From Octopus sinensis (Eukaryota), in NCBI RefSeq assembly GCF_006345805.1, contig NC_042999.1:124062001-124126000 (forward strand): a DNA stretch of 64,000 bases, read 5' to 3'. The translations under genes were made by a program, and so were the position numbers. The notes under the pieces were generated by a model. It worked only from the letters and a program-made list of their open reading frames with translations, searched no databases and had not been told where the DNA came from. This document shows, in pieces, positions 27,231 to 40,459 of the stretch (position 1 is its first letter; each line of letters starts with the position of its first letter).

Positions 27231-27989
27231 TATACATATCTTTATACATACTTACATACATATGTATGAGTAATTAATTGGGTAAAAACACATGACTTAT
27301 ATTACCTATGTGTGTATGTGTATGAGAGAGAGAGAGAGAGAGAGAGAGATATGGATATTTAGATATGGATATTTTATAAATTGGTTGAGATTGTCTGCTA
27401 ATGATTGCTTGGAATTTTGAATCATGAAATTTCATATCATCATGTATTATGACTAACAAAGTTGTTGAGGTTGATAATGAAAGCACCAATTCAAGATGGT
27501 AGATTGGTGAAGTTTCCAGAGCTTTGGACAAGATGCCTTACAGAATTTATTTTGGTTCTCTGCTTCTGAGTTAAGAATTCCACCTAGGACTTCAATTCCA
27601 GCCAATGGCCATGGCTACTGATCTAACCATAAGATTACAATCGATTATGAAAATAGCAATCAATAGAGGGGAAGTTGTGGCTCTCTGTTTCAGTAGCTAA
27701 ACAACGATGATGAGGATGGTAAGGACAACAGCAATGTTGACCATGATGTTGATGATGTTGTTGAGGATGATGATGATATTGTTGATAAACATAAGGAAAA
27801 GTAATTAATAATGGAGTATGAAGTATATATTATTGTTAATTATGTAAATTACAGTGTATATGGTCAATACTCTGACCGTCCTGTAACTATAACCAGATGA
27901 TGAGTGCTATCAGACCTGCTCTTTTATCAGGAAATTGAGGATAATGATATGGTATAATGACTGTGGCATAAATTATAATAAATAATAAT

Positions 27990-28208
27990 AATGATTTCGA
28001 AGTTTGGCTCAAGGTCAGCAGTTTTAGGGATGGAGGAAAGTTGATTGCATCAACTTCATTGTTCAACTGGTATTTATTTTATCAATGTCATAAAGATGAA
28101 AGGCAAAAGTTGAACTTGGCAGAATTTGAACTCAGAATGTAAAGGTAGATGAAATGCCAATAAGCATGAAATGCCTCACAAGCTAATGATTCTGCCAACT
28201 CACCAACT
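27990..28208 (-). mobile_element. SINE family D, degenerate
   Basis: Contains ATGAAAGGCAAAAGTTGA..AATTTGAACTCAGAA, the reverse of the B-box region of 47812. Confidence 0.7.
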
Positions 28209-28240
28209 TATAATGAATAATAATAATATAACATCCATTA

Positions 28241-28367
<127 letters not shown>

Positions 28368-28395
28368 GGTTCGGGGGGTGATGTACAGATATTAT

Positions 28396-28616
28396 ATATT
28401 AGAAAAAAATAAGGTATTCAGAGATCTGATGGTTGTACATATACAAATATTTATTAACATGTCATATGTTTTTAGAAATCACGTATTTTCATCTACTCTA
28501 ATAGAATTTATTAGAGTAGATGAAAATATGTGATTTGTAAAAACATATGACATGTTAATAAATATTTGTATATGTACAACCATCCAGATCTCTGAATACC
28601 TTATTTTTTCCAATAT
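28396..28616. repeat. Near-perfect palindrome, ~108-bp arms, 5-nt loop (fold-back H4)
   Basis: 28396-28503 vs 28509-28616 with about 4 differences; flanked by (TA)n on both sides. Confidence 0.95.
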
Positions 28617-28627
28617 GTATATATATA

Positions 28628-28679
<52 letters not shown>

Positions 28680-28913
28680 ATATCTTTTATTCTTTTATCT
28701 GTTTCAGTCATTTGATTGTGGTCATGCTGGAGCTCCACTTTTTGTTGAAGAAATCAACCCCGAGACCTATTCTTTGTAAGCCTAGTACTTATTCGATCGG
28801 TTTCTTTAGTGAAATTGCTGAGTTACAGGTATGTAAACACACCAATATCAGTTGTTAAGTGATGGTGGGGTAACAAACACAGACACACATATATACATAG
28901 ATACACACACGCA

Positions 28914-28979
<66 letters not shown>

Positions 28980-29142
28980 ATATAGGTGTATAAAGGTTGA
29001 ATGTGGATTCATTCTTTAATTTCGAGGTTTCCAAAAAAGATTTCTAATGTTGATTCTTCATACTTTGCTGGGAGTTTACAGGTGTAAATTTGTGAAGACA
29101 TGAAAGTAGTACTTGTATATAATATATGAGGATTTGTGGAAT

Positions 29143-29631
29143 GACAAGTTGTTAAATATATAAGGAGTTTAATTCTTGCAGATGATCAATTTGTACAGAG
29201 ATATAATAATAATAATGTAAAATTCATGATTAAATTAAATTAAATTAATTACCTTAATTATATATCAGCATACTCTTCAGTGCAGGAAGTAAAAACCATA
29301 ATGCAAAGAACTTGAGAAGGAATATAGCAGAAAAATTGAAGGTAGGAGATCTGTGTGAGAAAGAGATGGGTGTCATGTCAGCTGAGTTACATCTTTTTCT
29401 CATGGATTAAAATATGAATCTCCTAGTTTCAATTTTTCTGCAATATTCCTTCTCAAATTCTTAGCATTATGGTTTTTACTTCCTGCACTGAAGAGTACTC
29501 TGATATGTAATTAATGTAATTAATGTAATTAATTTAATTTGATTTAGTCATGAATGTACATTATTATTATATCTCTGTACAAAATGATCATCTGCAAGAA
29601 TTAAACTTCTTATATATTTTAACAACTTGTC
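29143..29631. repeat. ~208-bp inverted repeat (fold-back H5)
   Basis: 29143-29350 vs 29418-29631, roughly 90% identical by hand; the spacer has its own stem TGAGAAAGAGATG/CATCTTTTTCTCA. Confidence 0.95.
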
Positions 29632-30381
29632 TCCTCCATTTTTAACTATTTGTCTATTCCTTATGCAGAGTATGACCAACTCTTGGACTTACACCTTAGA
29701 TCTATCATGGCATCTGATGTGGAACCCACATAAATTGCATATCTGATTTGAACCACCAATAGCTACATTTAAGTTCTGATCTTTGGGAATCTTAAAATAT
29801 ATTTTTGAGGCCTCCATTATATTAGCAGACCTTATGGCATACACAGAAAGGTGTGCACAGATATATAGACATATTACTCATTTATATATATCATCATCAT
29901 CATTTAACGTCCGTTTTTCATATTAGCATGGGTTGGATGGTTTTGACTGAGGGCTGGCAACCAGATGGCTGCACCAGGCTCTAGTCTTGATCTGGCAGAG
30001 TTTCTACAGCTGGATGCCCTTCCTATATATAATATATGAGTGAGTTATATTCTGAGTTCAAATTCCAGCGAGGTCGACTTTGCCTTTCATTCTTTCAGGG
30101 TCAATAAATTAAGTACCTCCTCCCCCAAAATTTCAAGCCTTGTGCTGAGAGGTAGAAACAGATGTCCATAGCTGACCTCTCATTTCCTGACAATCTTATT
30201 GTCTTTTTTTCAGCAGCATTTATAATATATTATTCTAAACAGTGTGATTTGGATTTTGTGCTACTTCAAGTTTCATAGGTTCCTAACAGACCCTGTCTCC
30301 TCAGGCTCTTTGAATAAGTGATCCCCTCACTCAAATATATATATATACACACACACCACATAAATAAATAAATATATGTAC

Positions 30382-30412
<31 letters not shown>

Positions 30413-32269
30413 CCAACACATGCACTGACACATTCTATATATACATAACAACATCAGCTAAGCTCCAGTTGACTAAATTACAATTAATTCTAGAACAAAT
30501 TAATTGTAGCTTACAATAAAAAATACATTTAAAATATCAAAAAACTTGCTTTGGGAAATTTTACATGTAAACTATAAAGGCAACGAGTTTAATTTTGTAA
30601 AAATAAACAAACCGCATCTAAAACATTGGAATAGCATTATAATAACAGGACTAAAGCCATATTGAAATAAAAGTAATGTTAAAAGTGTACAGGAAATTTC
30701 AGCATCATAAGTTTAATCCATAAAATAACAAGACTTCTTACTGGAAGCCTAATCAAGGAACTATCTGAACTATACATTCCATAAGCTTCTGAAGTAAGGA
30801 TGGCTTTGAGCCATGTAACTAAAAATGTGATGATAAAATAGACAAATAAAAAACGTGCTCTGAAAATTCAATTATAAAAAAAAGACATTTTTTGATCATG
30901 CTTTCTTCAAAACATGATGTCTTGGATCATCAAATGCTGTATGTATAGAAAATGGTTTAATTAATAGAAAATTGTTTTTTTTATTTTTACATATTAGTAT
31001 ATTTCATTTAGTTTTTATTTTGTTTTATGCATTTATTGTTTTTCAAGTCTTAAATGATTACTACATTGATAATTACATACCTAGAATCTGTAAGAACAAC
31101 TTTTAATTTTGAGGGGCTTTTTATTTTTGTTTTTTGATTTTTAATGTTACCTACATAGCTACAGTAAATATGAATGTCAAGTGATATAATCTTGGTTATA
31201 TCATGATAAACTGACGAATTCTTTTGTTTAAGATATCGGTGAAAATGAAAGCCTATATAGTTTCGTTGCATAAAGTTAACATTAAGTACTTCAAAAAAAA
31301 AAATTAAAAACACTCTCTTAATTGTAATATTATGAAACTGGAATGGTCTTTTGGAACATTATTAGTTTGGATTTCTGATACAATATCCAATTAGAGTCAC
31401 ATGAAGCAGCAGTTTTGATTTTTGATGTCTTTATCATAATCATATATGAGAATTATTAAATCTTTCCACACAAGATTAGTTTTTAGATGAAAGCTGGAAG
31501 TGTAAGATAGAGAAGTAGATAGACTCATTACAACAGGGTAAAAACAAAAACACCCATAAAACTGATGGAGCAAATAGACTCACTGATTAAAGTTAACATT
31601 CAGGTTTAGGAAAAGGATATAAAATATAAATATGTGCATGTTGCTGCTGTAGTTTTTATTGTTGTTGTTGCTGTTGCCATTTTTATTATTGTTTCATTTT
31701 AGCAAGTAACAATTTTTCCCTGGCAGGTTGAATATGTTTGCAAATATGAATGCTTCCACAGGTGTTTTGAGCTGATCTGGTGCTGTGCAACAATTGACAA
31801 CTACAAAATTTGCTTTTTACAGTAATAATTTATTCCTAAGATGTTCTTGTTCATTTGAACGATGATATTCTCAAACCAAATAAAGTAATTGTTTCTTCAA
31901 GAAGCATAGTAATGCTTCTTGAAGTAACAATCTGTGTATTTTCCCTGTGTATTACAGTTGTGGAACAGGTATCACATCCTTGTATTTCACAATAGGTGTC
32001 TACAAAAGGTTTGCACCAGCAAAGGCATCTGAGTACAAAACACTGCTATAAAAACATCAGCATGGAGGACAAACATTAAATGAAGATGATTAAAATATGC
32101 AAACATGGAAAAAGCTGATGTTAAACAATAATGATGATGATGATGCTGATGATGATGATGGCAATGCAAATGCTGATGCTAAAACAGTGGCTACAGCAGT
32201 GACAAAGGAAGTAGCAGAAGTGAAGGGGATGAGGAGGACAGAGAAGAGGATGGGAAAGGAAGGAGAAGG

Positions 32270-32565
32270 GAAACTAAGAAGAAAGACGAGGAAAGATTAG
32301 GGTGAGAGTTAAGAGAAAGAGGAGGGGATGCAGATAAAGAGGAGAGAAAGGAGGGAGATGTGAATGAAGAGGTGGTGGTGGTGGAAGTGGAGGGTCGTGG
32401 AAGAGGAGGAGGAGGTGGTGGAGGAAGAGGAGGAATGGTGGAGGAAGAGGGGAGGTGGTGGAGGAAGAGGAGGTGGTGGTGGAGATGATGGAGGAAGAGG
32501 AGGAGATGGTGGAGGAAGAGGAGGAGATGGTGGAGGAAGAGGAAGAGGTGGTGGAGGAAGATGTA
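32270..32565. repeat. Purine-rich (GGA/GGT)n low-complexity tract
   Basis: Directly visible; includes repeated GGAGATGGTGGAGGAAGAGGA units. Confidence 0.9.
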
Positions 32566-32716
32566 TATAATTTTCTAGATATTTTACTAAATATCACAAT
32601 CCTCGTTGAATGTCATCATCAATATTGTTTTTAATCACTTTCCCATACTTGCATATCTTTCTTGTTGCTACCACTCACCTATTTCCAAGTAAGATAGAAT
32701 TCCCTATGGTCAGACA

Positions 32717-33175
32717 TCAACATCATCATCATTTAATGTCTGTTATCCAAACTGGCATGGGTTGGATGGTTCGACCAGGGTTGGCAAGCTGGGGAGCTGC
32801 GCCAGACTCCAGTCTGATTTGGTATGGTTTCTACAGCTGGATACACTTCCTAATGCCAACCACTTTACAGAGTGTACTGGGTGCTTTGAGATGGCACCAC
32901 ACAGGCACTTTTATGTGTGCTTTTCTGAGGTACCATACAGGTACTTTTACATGGTGTCACATGGGCACTTTTACGTGGCACCACACAAAAACTGTAATGG
33001 TGCTTTCCTGTGGTATTGCACGTACACTTTTATGTGGCACTGCCATGAGTGGTTTACACCACCAGAAGGATTGGCCTTAACATTTCTGCTGTGGAGTATG
33101 AGTCTTCTTGAGTACAGCAAGGTGCCTGGCATTGCAGTTCTTTATCATCTCATCTGAAAACCTTAGTATCCTGAG
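32717..33175 (-). mobile_element. 5'-truncated RTE LINE 3' end
   Basis: Homologous to 3605-4030, with an internal tandem ~20-bp TGGCACCACACAGGCACTTTTA-like unit. Confidence 0.7.
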
Positions 33176-33881
33176 ATGAAGAAAATTGTAAACAGACACT
33201 GCTTGCCTGATGGTGACACTTGCTTACAGTTACCGTATGATGTCAAGACAAGGAGACAGAATTACACATACACACAAACAAACACACACACATACACACA
33301 CAACCCATTGTCTGTATCCTCTCTTATACACACCTTCTTGAGAGTTTACTTTAGCACCTCATCAGTACCTTTCTCTTCATCTTTTTTCGGCCATGTATCT
33401 CTTCTTTAGCAAGACAAGATACCTGTGCTTGTCTCTCTTTTATACCTTAGCTTTTCAATACCTGACATAAAGCCACCCATCTTCATCTTTTCCTTCCACA
33501 TACTTCTACCTTATAGTGGATACGTTTTTTTCCATTCTCTTACCTCTGTTCTTTTTTGTTTTGCAACTTTCATGCCAGTAGCACATAAAAAGCATCCAAT
33601 ACAATATGTAGAGTAGTTGGTGTTTAGTAAAGGCATCCAGTCACAAAAACCATACCAAAAATGACACTGGAGCCTGACACAGCCCTGCAGCTCACTAAGT
33701 CCTTTAAATAATGATGATGATGATGATGATGATATATATATACACACACGATGTATGATAAACTCTCCTGTCAAAGATAACATATGAGTGTTCTACTCAA
33801 GAACACAATGCACCACCTGGTCTAGAAATTGAAACTATAATCTCACAATTGTGAGTACAACATCCTAAACATAAGGCCATA

Positions 33882-33947
<66 letters not shown>

Positions 33948-33991
33948 ATATATATATATATAATATATATATATATAAACACACACACACA

Positions 33992-34035
<44 letters not shown>

Positions 34036-34125
34036 CACATGTGAAACAAGGTAGGAAAAATGTTCTCGAATACTGGAGGTAGAGTAATATGCTTTATTAT
34101 TAAAGCTGCAAAAACTACAAAAAAT

Positions 34126-34163
34126 CTGCTACTCAGAGTTTCATGTTCCTGTTCATCAGACAG
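34126..34163 (-). ncRNA. Minimal type I hammerhead ribozyme motif (degenerate stem II)
   Basis: Minus: CUGU-CUGAUGA-aca ggaa cau-GAA-ACUCUGAGU-A-GCAG; core intact, stem I CUGU/GCAG, near-palindromic stem III. Confidence 0.65.
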
Positions 34164-34205
34164 TTGTGATTCAGAAGGGAACAAGAAATACATTCTGAAT
34201 TACAA

Positions 34206-34243
34206 CTGTCTGACGAACAGAGATGTGAATCTCTGAGTAGCAT
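34206..34243 (+). ncRNA. Minimal type I hammerhead ribozyme motif (GAAA to GAAU lesion)
   Basis: CUGU-CUGACGA-ACA GAGA UGU-GAA-UCUCUGAGU-A-GCA; stem II intact with a GNRA loop. Confidence 0.6.
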
Positions 34244-34285
34244 GTTTTTGTGATGTTTTTGCACCTTTAATAATAAAGTATATAT

Positions 34286-34316
<31 letters not shown>

Positions 34317-34362
34317 GTATGTATTTATGTGTGTATGTATGTATGTATGCATGTATGTATGT

Positions 34363-34630
34363 ATTCTTTTACTTGTTTCAGTCATTCAACTGCGGCCATG
34401 CTGGAGCACCACCATGACACTATGGGACACTTCACAAATTTGCATATCAACATATATATATATAAATTTATGATGAGCTTCTCACATTTTCCATCTACCA
34501 AATCCACTTATGAAGTATTGGTTGGCCTGAAGCCATGATAGGAGACACTTACTCAGGGTACCAAGCAGTGGGGCTAAACATGAAATCATGTGATTGGGAA
34601 GCGTGCTTCTTAACCACACAGCCACACCTC
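34363..34630 (-). mobile_element. SINE family A pieces (tail stub and head)
   Basis: Tail 34363-34410 and head 34470-34630 are homologous to 4279-4814. Confidence 0.75.
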
Positions 34631-37600
34631 TTCCTATTGTTGATAATAATAAATACTTAAGCATTCTATTTATTGAAAATTTTAGAAATAATAGTAATGA
34701 GTGGGTTAAATAGATCTAAAACTTGTTTAAAACATTTGGAGAAATATCTTATATATATATGTAGACAAAGGTCGCAGAATATCATTTTCTTCATTGTTAA
34801 ATTACTTTTTCAGAAAGAGCAAAAAATAATAAAAGTAACAATGTTATGTGGCAGATATCATAACCCTGATCATTTACATAGATGGAGATTCTGGATGAAC
34901 AATCTTCAGTAATTCATCATGAAACTTCTCACTCCAACTTACTTCTAATTTCCTTCTTTTCTTATCTTTTTTCCCCTTGTTTTCCCTTATAGGAAATGTC
35001 ATTAAATCATGACACAGAAAATTTTTTCCTATTATCCTACATTAAATTTCATTTACAGGGGTTTATTGATGGAACAATAAATGTAAGGTTAAATTGCCTG
35101 ACATGCAATGGCCATATCTTTAAACTTTACTACTTACAGTCATTGATCTGTAACCTAATTTACCTGTAAGTATTTCTGTATTGCTAACACACCATAATAG
35201 CCTTAAACAAGTAAGCATAAAATCACATTTTAACTTCTTAACCACTTTAAAGCTTTTAAAAATGCATTTTTCATTCTTTCTTTTCACTACAGTTCAGATA
35301 AATACATAAGAATAACCATTATATGTCAAATACAAGAGTTAACCCTAACTATGCCAACAATGAAGTAATAGCCAAATCTTCAAAAAAGAAAAGAAAAAGA
35401 TAAAGAAAATCGCATCTCCCTTATATTAGCATGAATAAATGGATGGTGACATGCCTGATTTCAAACCTTATATTATATACACCTAATTTCACTCAAACAG
35501 CATCCATGCATCGTGGTCATGGTCACTGCCGATGCCATGTAAATGGCACCCACAAATCCTAGTTTTGGTTACTGTTGGTGTTGTGTACATGATAACCATG
35601 CTGGTGGTACATAAAAGCACCCGTTACACTCCTTGAGTGGTTGGCATTAGGAAGGGCATCGAGCTGTAGAAACCATGCCAAATCAGACAGGGACCTCGTG
35701 CAGCTCTCTGGCTCATCAGCTCCAATCAAACCATTTAACCTATGCCAGAATGGAGAGTGGACGTTAAATGATGATGATGATACCTCCTTTTTATGCTCTG
35801 TGAGAGCACCTGTCAGTATTTTATGCTTCTAATCTATAATTCTTGAAACATCTGTCACTTAAGTGCATATTTTCAAGCAAATATGGTTTTTTGAATTTGT
35901 CAATTTCTTTTTAAATATTAAAAAAAAATTATGAGCTGGAGAAAATTCAAGATTTTCTTTTTAGTTTGTTAAAATCTGTCTAGAATATATTTTCATCAGT
36001 TATTATACTGAATTGATTGCACAATATACATATTGAACCCCATTCACAAAAGATAGTAGAAATTGACATAATTAGCATATTTAATTATATTGCTCAAAAA
36101 GCCATGGTGGCATATCCTTAATCAGATTACCTTACCTGGTGAAATATCTTGATCATTAACATGAATACTTTATATTCAAGAATAACATGTCACCATGAAA
36201 ATTTTCTTTTTTATTATAATTAATGTGTCTGAATCAGTATCTTTTGACAAATTCTCTAACATTAACATTGATTAATATATTTTTTAATACTCATTGAATT
36301 TTATAGATTTAAGAAAATTAGAAGCATTTTCATTTTCAAAACTAGAACAGAATAAATAAAGTCAAAAGAGGCCGAACATATTTTTCTCTTGAGAAAATCA
36401 GTTGCATAGCTTTTCTATTTCTATTATTCTTTCAAATCAGATAAAACCATTTTTCTGAAGAAAGCATTTTAAAATTGCTGTGTGGAAAATCTACGATTGT
36501 TGATTCTACTAAAAATACCAGTCTGCATTCAACCACATGTAAAGTAGCAGAGGGGAATTGATGAATGAGTATTAAAGCTAGACAGTTTCTTATAGAGTGG
36601 CATCTGTTGTTTGTCTTTCAGGAGGAGAAATAAAATTAAATAAACCAGCTGTAGAAAATATCCCATGGGAGTTTCAGTTCAGGCTACAGAATCCACACAG
36701 AAACACTTATCAATGCAAATGTAACGGATCATTATGGATTAGAACAATTGCCACCAACTGTCAGGGGATCTGTCCTTGTGCATCTCATGAGAGAGAAAGA
36801 AAACTATTTTTGTGTGATGTGCCCACTGGGAAAGTTGTTTGTTTACATGATGTCTCTCATGCCTTTTGGCTTTTGTAGTCGACAATAAGTTCTTATCAAC
36901 ATGCCCTAACAGAGGAATTGTATTTGCTGTCAGATAAAGTGAAATGGAGATAACAGAAGTGAAAAATAGATGTGATAGAATCTGTACAAATATATATTAA
37001 TCTAGATAAGAAAAATTCAAGTGTCAATCAAATATACAAAGCTGATGAATAAGAAATTAAATTATTATTATTGATATTGTCATTGTTGTTGTCATCATTG
37101 ACGTCATCACCCTCATCACCATTGTAGTTGATGTTATTGTTGTTTATATTGTTGTTGTTGTTGTCATCTCTCTTTTTAATGCATTTTTCTTTTACAGTGT
37201 AATACAAATGCATGATACTTTGTTTTCTTTTTTAGTGTAAGAATTTTTTTCATATTCAGTTATTACAGAGACCCTTACGTGAAAATGTGTACCATGCTAG
37301 TATTGTTTTATCTGATGTGTGTGTAAATGCATGATGCATGTAATCTTACATGTGTGTTTTTATGTTTGCTTTAATCACTCTTAATGTTCCATTTATAATG
37401 GAGACATTTTCCATAGTCATCCCACACATACTGTACATGTTAATCTTTATCTCTAAATCCTTAGAATTTAGAATTCCCCAATATTTTTCTGAACAATGTT
37501 TTGCTTGTAAGGGATTGCTATATTGATAAAAAATACATTGCTTTCTAATCCTATCTTTAATTAAAATATTTGGATAGTCTTCTTTGATTTTCTTATCAGT

Positions 37601-38354
37601 TTGCACTGACACATCTCAAAATATTGTAAATGTAGTAACATTCAGAGACACTTTGGGGCTAAGAAAAACAATAATGGAACAAAAGTACAAACCTGTGAGG
37701 AAAAGAAAAGAAAAGAGTTTTAATGTTTCAAGTATAAAGTCCTTTGTCAAAATAAAAAAGGATAAGAAAAATGGAAGAGTTGAAGAAAAAAAATTAGCTT
37801 ACTCATGCTATTGAACAGGCATTGTAGCAAATGCATTGTAGGAAATGCAAGTTGGTAGAGCTGTGTATGTTGTTTCTGGCAGAAGAGAGTGTAATAGGTG
37901 CTGAGTGAATGTGATTCATGTGCAGTGAAGTGGACTCCATCACCAGACAGGAAGTATTGATAACAGTTAATAAGTGAGGGATGAGGAAACAAAAAAGAGA
38001 AGTAGGAAGAAAAGAAGCAAAGAAAGGGAAAAGTGGGTGAAGAGCAGGGAGGCAGGAAGCATAGGAGTAGGTGGTAGGAAGACAGGGCAAGTTTGTATGA
38101 AGATAACACAAATATGTACAGGTCATACATATCAACAGGAAACTCAGATGATATAATAGTAGGGGATGACAAAGGATTATCAATTCTTTTAAAAAACGAA
38201 AGAATAGTTTCTAACTAAGGTGCCACTTTTGTTCCTAGAGAAGTTGGGGAAGGAGTGTAAAGGTGCTGGAGAAGTCTAAAGACAGAAAATTGGAGAGGGG
38301 AATGTTCAAGAGAAAAAAAATGACATCCAATTGGTTTTGAGGATCTATAGCTAA

Positions 38355-38710
38355 TGGCACATGGCTCAGTGGTTAGAACATCAGTCTCACAATTATGAAG
38401 TAGTGAATTCAATTCCCAGACCAAGCTCTGTGTTGTGTTCTTGAACAAGGCACTTTATTTCACGTTGCTCCAGTTCATTCAGCTGTGGAAATGAATTGCG
38501 ACATCACTCGTGCTAAGCTGTATCAGCTTTTGTATTTCCCTTGGACAACATTAGTAACATGGAGAGAGAAGACTGGTATGCATTGGCAACTGCTGGTCTT
38601 CCATAAAAACAACCTTGCCCAGACTTGTGCCTCAGAGGGGAACTTTCTAGGAGCAATCCCATGGTCATTCATAACCGAAGGGTCTATTTACCCCATTACC
38701 CTTTTTACCA
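38355..38710 (+). mobile_element. tRNA-derived SINE (family C)
   Basis: GGCACATGGCTCAGTGGTTAGA head; homologous over its length to 58806-59143. Confidence 0.85.
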
Positions 38711-38721
38711 TTTATAGCTAA

Positions 38722-40459
38722 CTAGCATTATGACCCATCGTTGCCAGGTCATAGTGCTAGAGCATGTATATATGTGTACATATTACATGTACATCTATAT
38801 ATATACATCTACACATAAAATACAAAATACACAGTTATATCTTGTAATCTCTAGTGATAACAATACTCAAAATATATAACAGACTGGAATTGTAGGCCCG
38901 TCTCTTGCAATTTCGATCAATTGTATCTTGTCCTCCCTCTTGTATAGAAGTGTGGCTACAATCCAGCCTACCTCTACTTCTGGGGGGACATTTAAAATTT
39001 TTATCCAGGACGTCCTACGTCCCAGATATAAAGGTAAAAATAAAATATTTCCACTTTGCAAGGTTCGAGTCGAGTACTCCCTTGCACGCTCCGTTGACTC
39101 GAACCTTGCTTCTATTGTGGCGAATTTACCGCCTCTGGTTAGATATCTTTCATAGTCACACCAAGACACTTTTCGATTGTGCTTTCCTCTAGGCATTCAA
39201 ATCTTTTTTTCTCTACATTGTATACTTTGTAGACAATAGTCTTTTTTTTAATTTAATTTTTTTATTTCGTTTGGTGCTGTTATCCTAGATTCACCGTCTT
39301 TGTCGGTGATCAATCTGAAATAGGTTTGTATTTCTTCCATTTTAATTTTAATGAGTTCGCGCCCGCCACGGCTGCAGCGAAATTCATTTTTGGACTTTCT
39401 TCTATGGAAGGCATTCTAACAAAAATGCTTCCGTGTAAACGATGAAAATATTGTCAATTTCCCCAAACAGGGACACAATTCAATTTTTAAGCAATAACCA
39501 AAGCTCCTTCTTCCAAAGGGGGAGGGTAACAGTTTACAATTATTTAACAAATGCAACACAACAACGTTTCCCTTTCGAGGAACCAACAAACGTGATAACA
39601 ATAGTTAAACAGTAATAATAATAACAACAAACTTTACGGTGAATCAAAAAGCAGTATGCAGTTGAAGCTATAGTCCTTTATGTACAAGAAATAAACCAAC
39701 AGCAGTACTCAGTAGAAGCGGCTGTTCGAGAAAACAGACATTACATACAGCCAAACTTCATATAGATACTTAATGCTAGCTAATTAGCAGATAATCTAAT
39801 GTAAAAGCTGTGGTAAATGGTATGTGCACAGCTCCATCTGGACTATTCCATTTCTGCACGCTAATTTTATTTTTAATTTATTCCCATTCATGTGAAAGCA
39901 CTTATTCAAGTTCAAGTCATTGATGCAATTTTATACCAATTGCTATTTTTACTTTTGTTATGTTACGATTATATTATACTTTAGTTTGATTTTAATTATT
40001 ATTTACTACATATAATTCAATTGTTATTATTATCTCTAATTTTTATTGTTAAAGTGAAAGTATCTGACATAAAATAGAAAAATGTTTTTGTTTCACTTTT
40101 AACACGTAATACTGAAATAGTGGAGAAGATATGATATTGCTATGGGCTCGCCTTAGCAAGAAGTTGAACATGTTTTTTGCCCATGAAACTACAGGGACCC
40201 TAAGTAAGGCATGTGTAAAATTTGAATGAAATTGGTTGTGTAGCTCTCAAGTTTTAGGGAATCATAGTGGAGAAGATATGATATTGCTGAGGGCTCACCC
40301 TAGGCAAAAAGTTAAAACTTTTTTTGCCGATGACACTCCCTGGACCCTAAGTAAGGCATGTGTAAAATTTGAATGAAATTGGTTGTGTAGTTCTCAAGTT
40401 TTAGGGAAACAAACAGACAGACAGACAGACACACATTCTCAGTTTTATATATATAGAGA
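38722..40459 (-). mobile_element. Non-autonomous Helitron (long copy) with captured LINE-like cargo
   Basis: Same ends as 12390-13104 (5' TC...AAAACTGAG, 3' hairpin then CTAG, A|T site); ~900 bp of extra internal DNA and a ~147-bp subterminal tandem duplication (~40118-40408). Confidence 0.9.
38894..39414 (-). pseudogene. LINE ORF1-like (RRM-type) N-terminal fragment inside the Helitron
   Basis: MPSIEESPKMNFAAAVAG..(fs)..KTIVYKVYN..KFATIEARFESTERAREYSTRTL..FLPLYLGRRTSWIKILNVPPEV; FAAAV and VPPE patterns typical of L1/Tx1-like ORF1; frameshifted. Confidence 0.55.

Larger units (their letters stand above)
34087..34283. repeat. ~90-bp inverted repeat (fold-back H6) bearing hammerhead motifs
   Basis: 34087-34176 vs 34193-34283 with a 16-bp spacer, between (CA)/(TA) tracts. 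Confidence 0.9.

Noticed and set aside
29486-29520. CTGAAGAG in the H5 arms as a hammerhead core
   Set aside because: No stem II or downstream GAAA in either arm.
32880-33050. Regularly spaced ~20-bp repeats resembling a CRISPR array
   Set aside because: Degenerate tandem units without unique spacers, inside a LINE 3' UTR in eukaryotic DNA; no cas genes.
36597-36878. 93-aa Cys-containing ORF in unique DNA
   Set aside because: GTG start, no recognisable family and no clear splice donor; length is compatible with chance.
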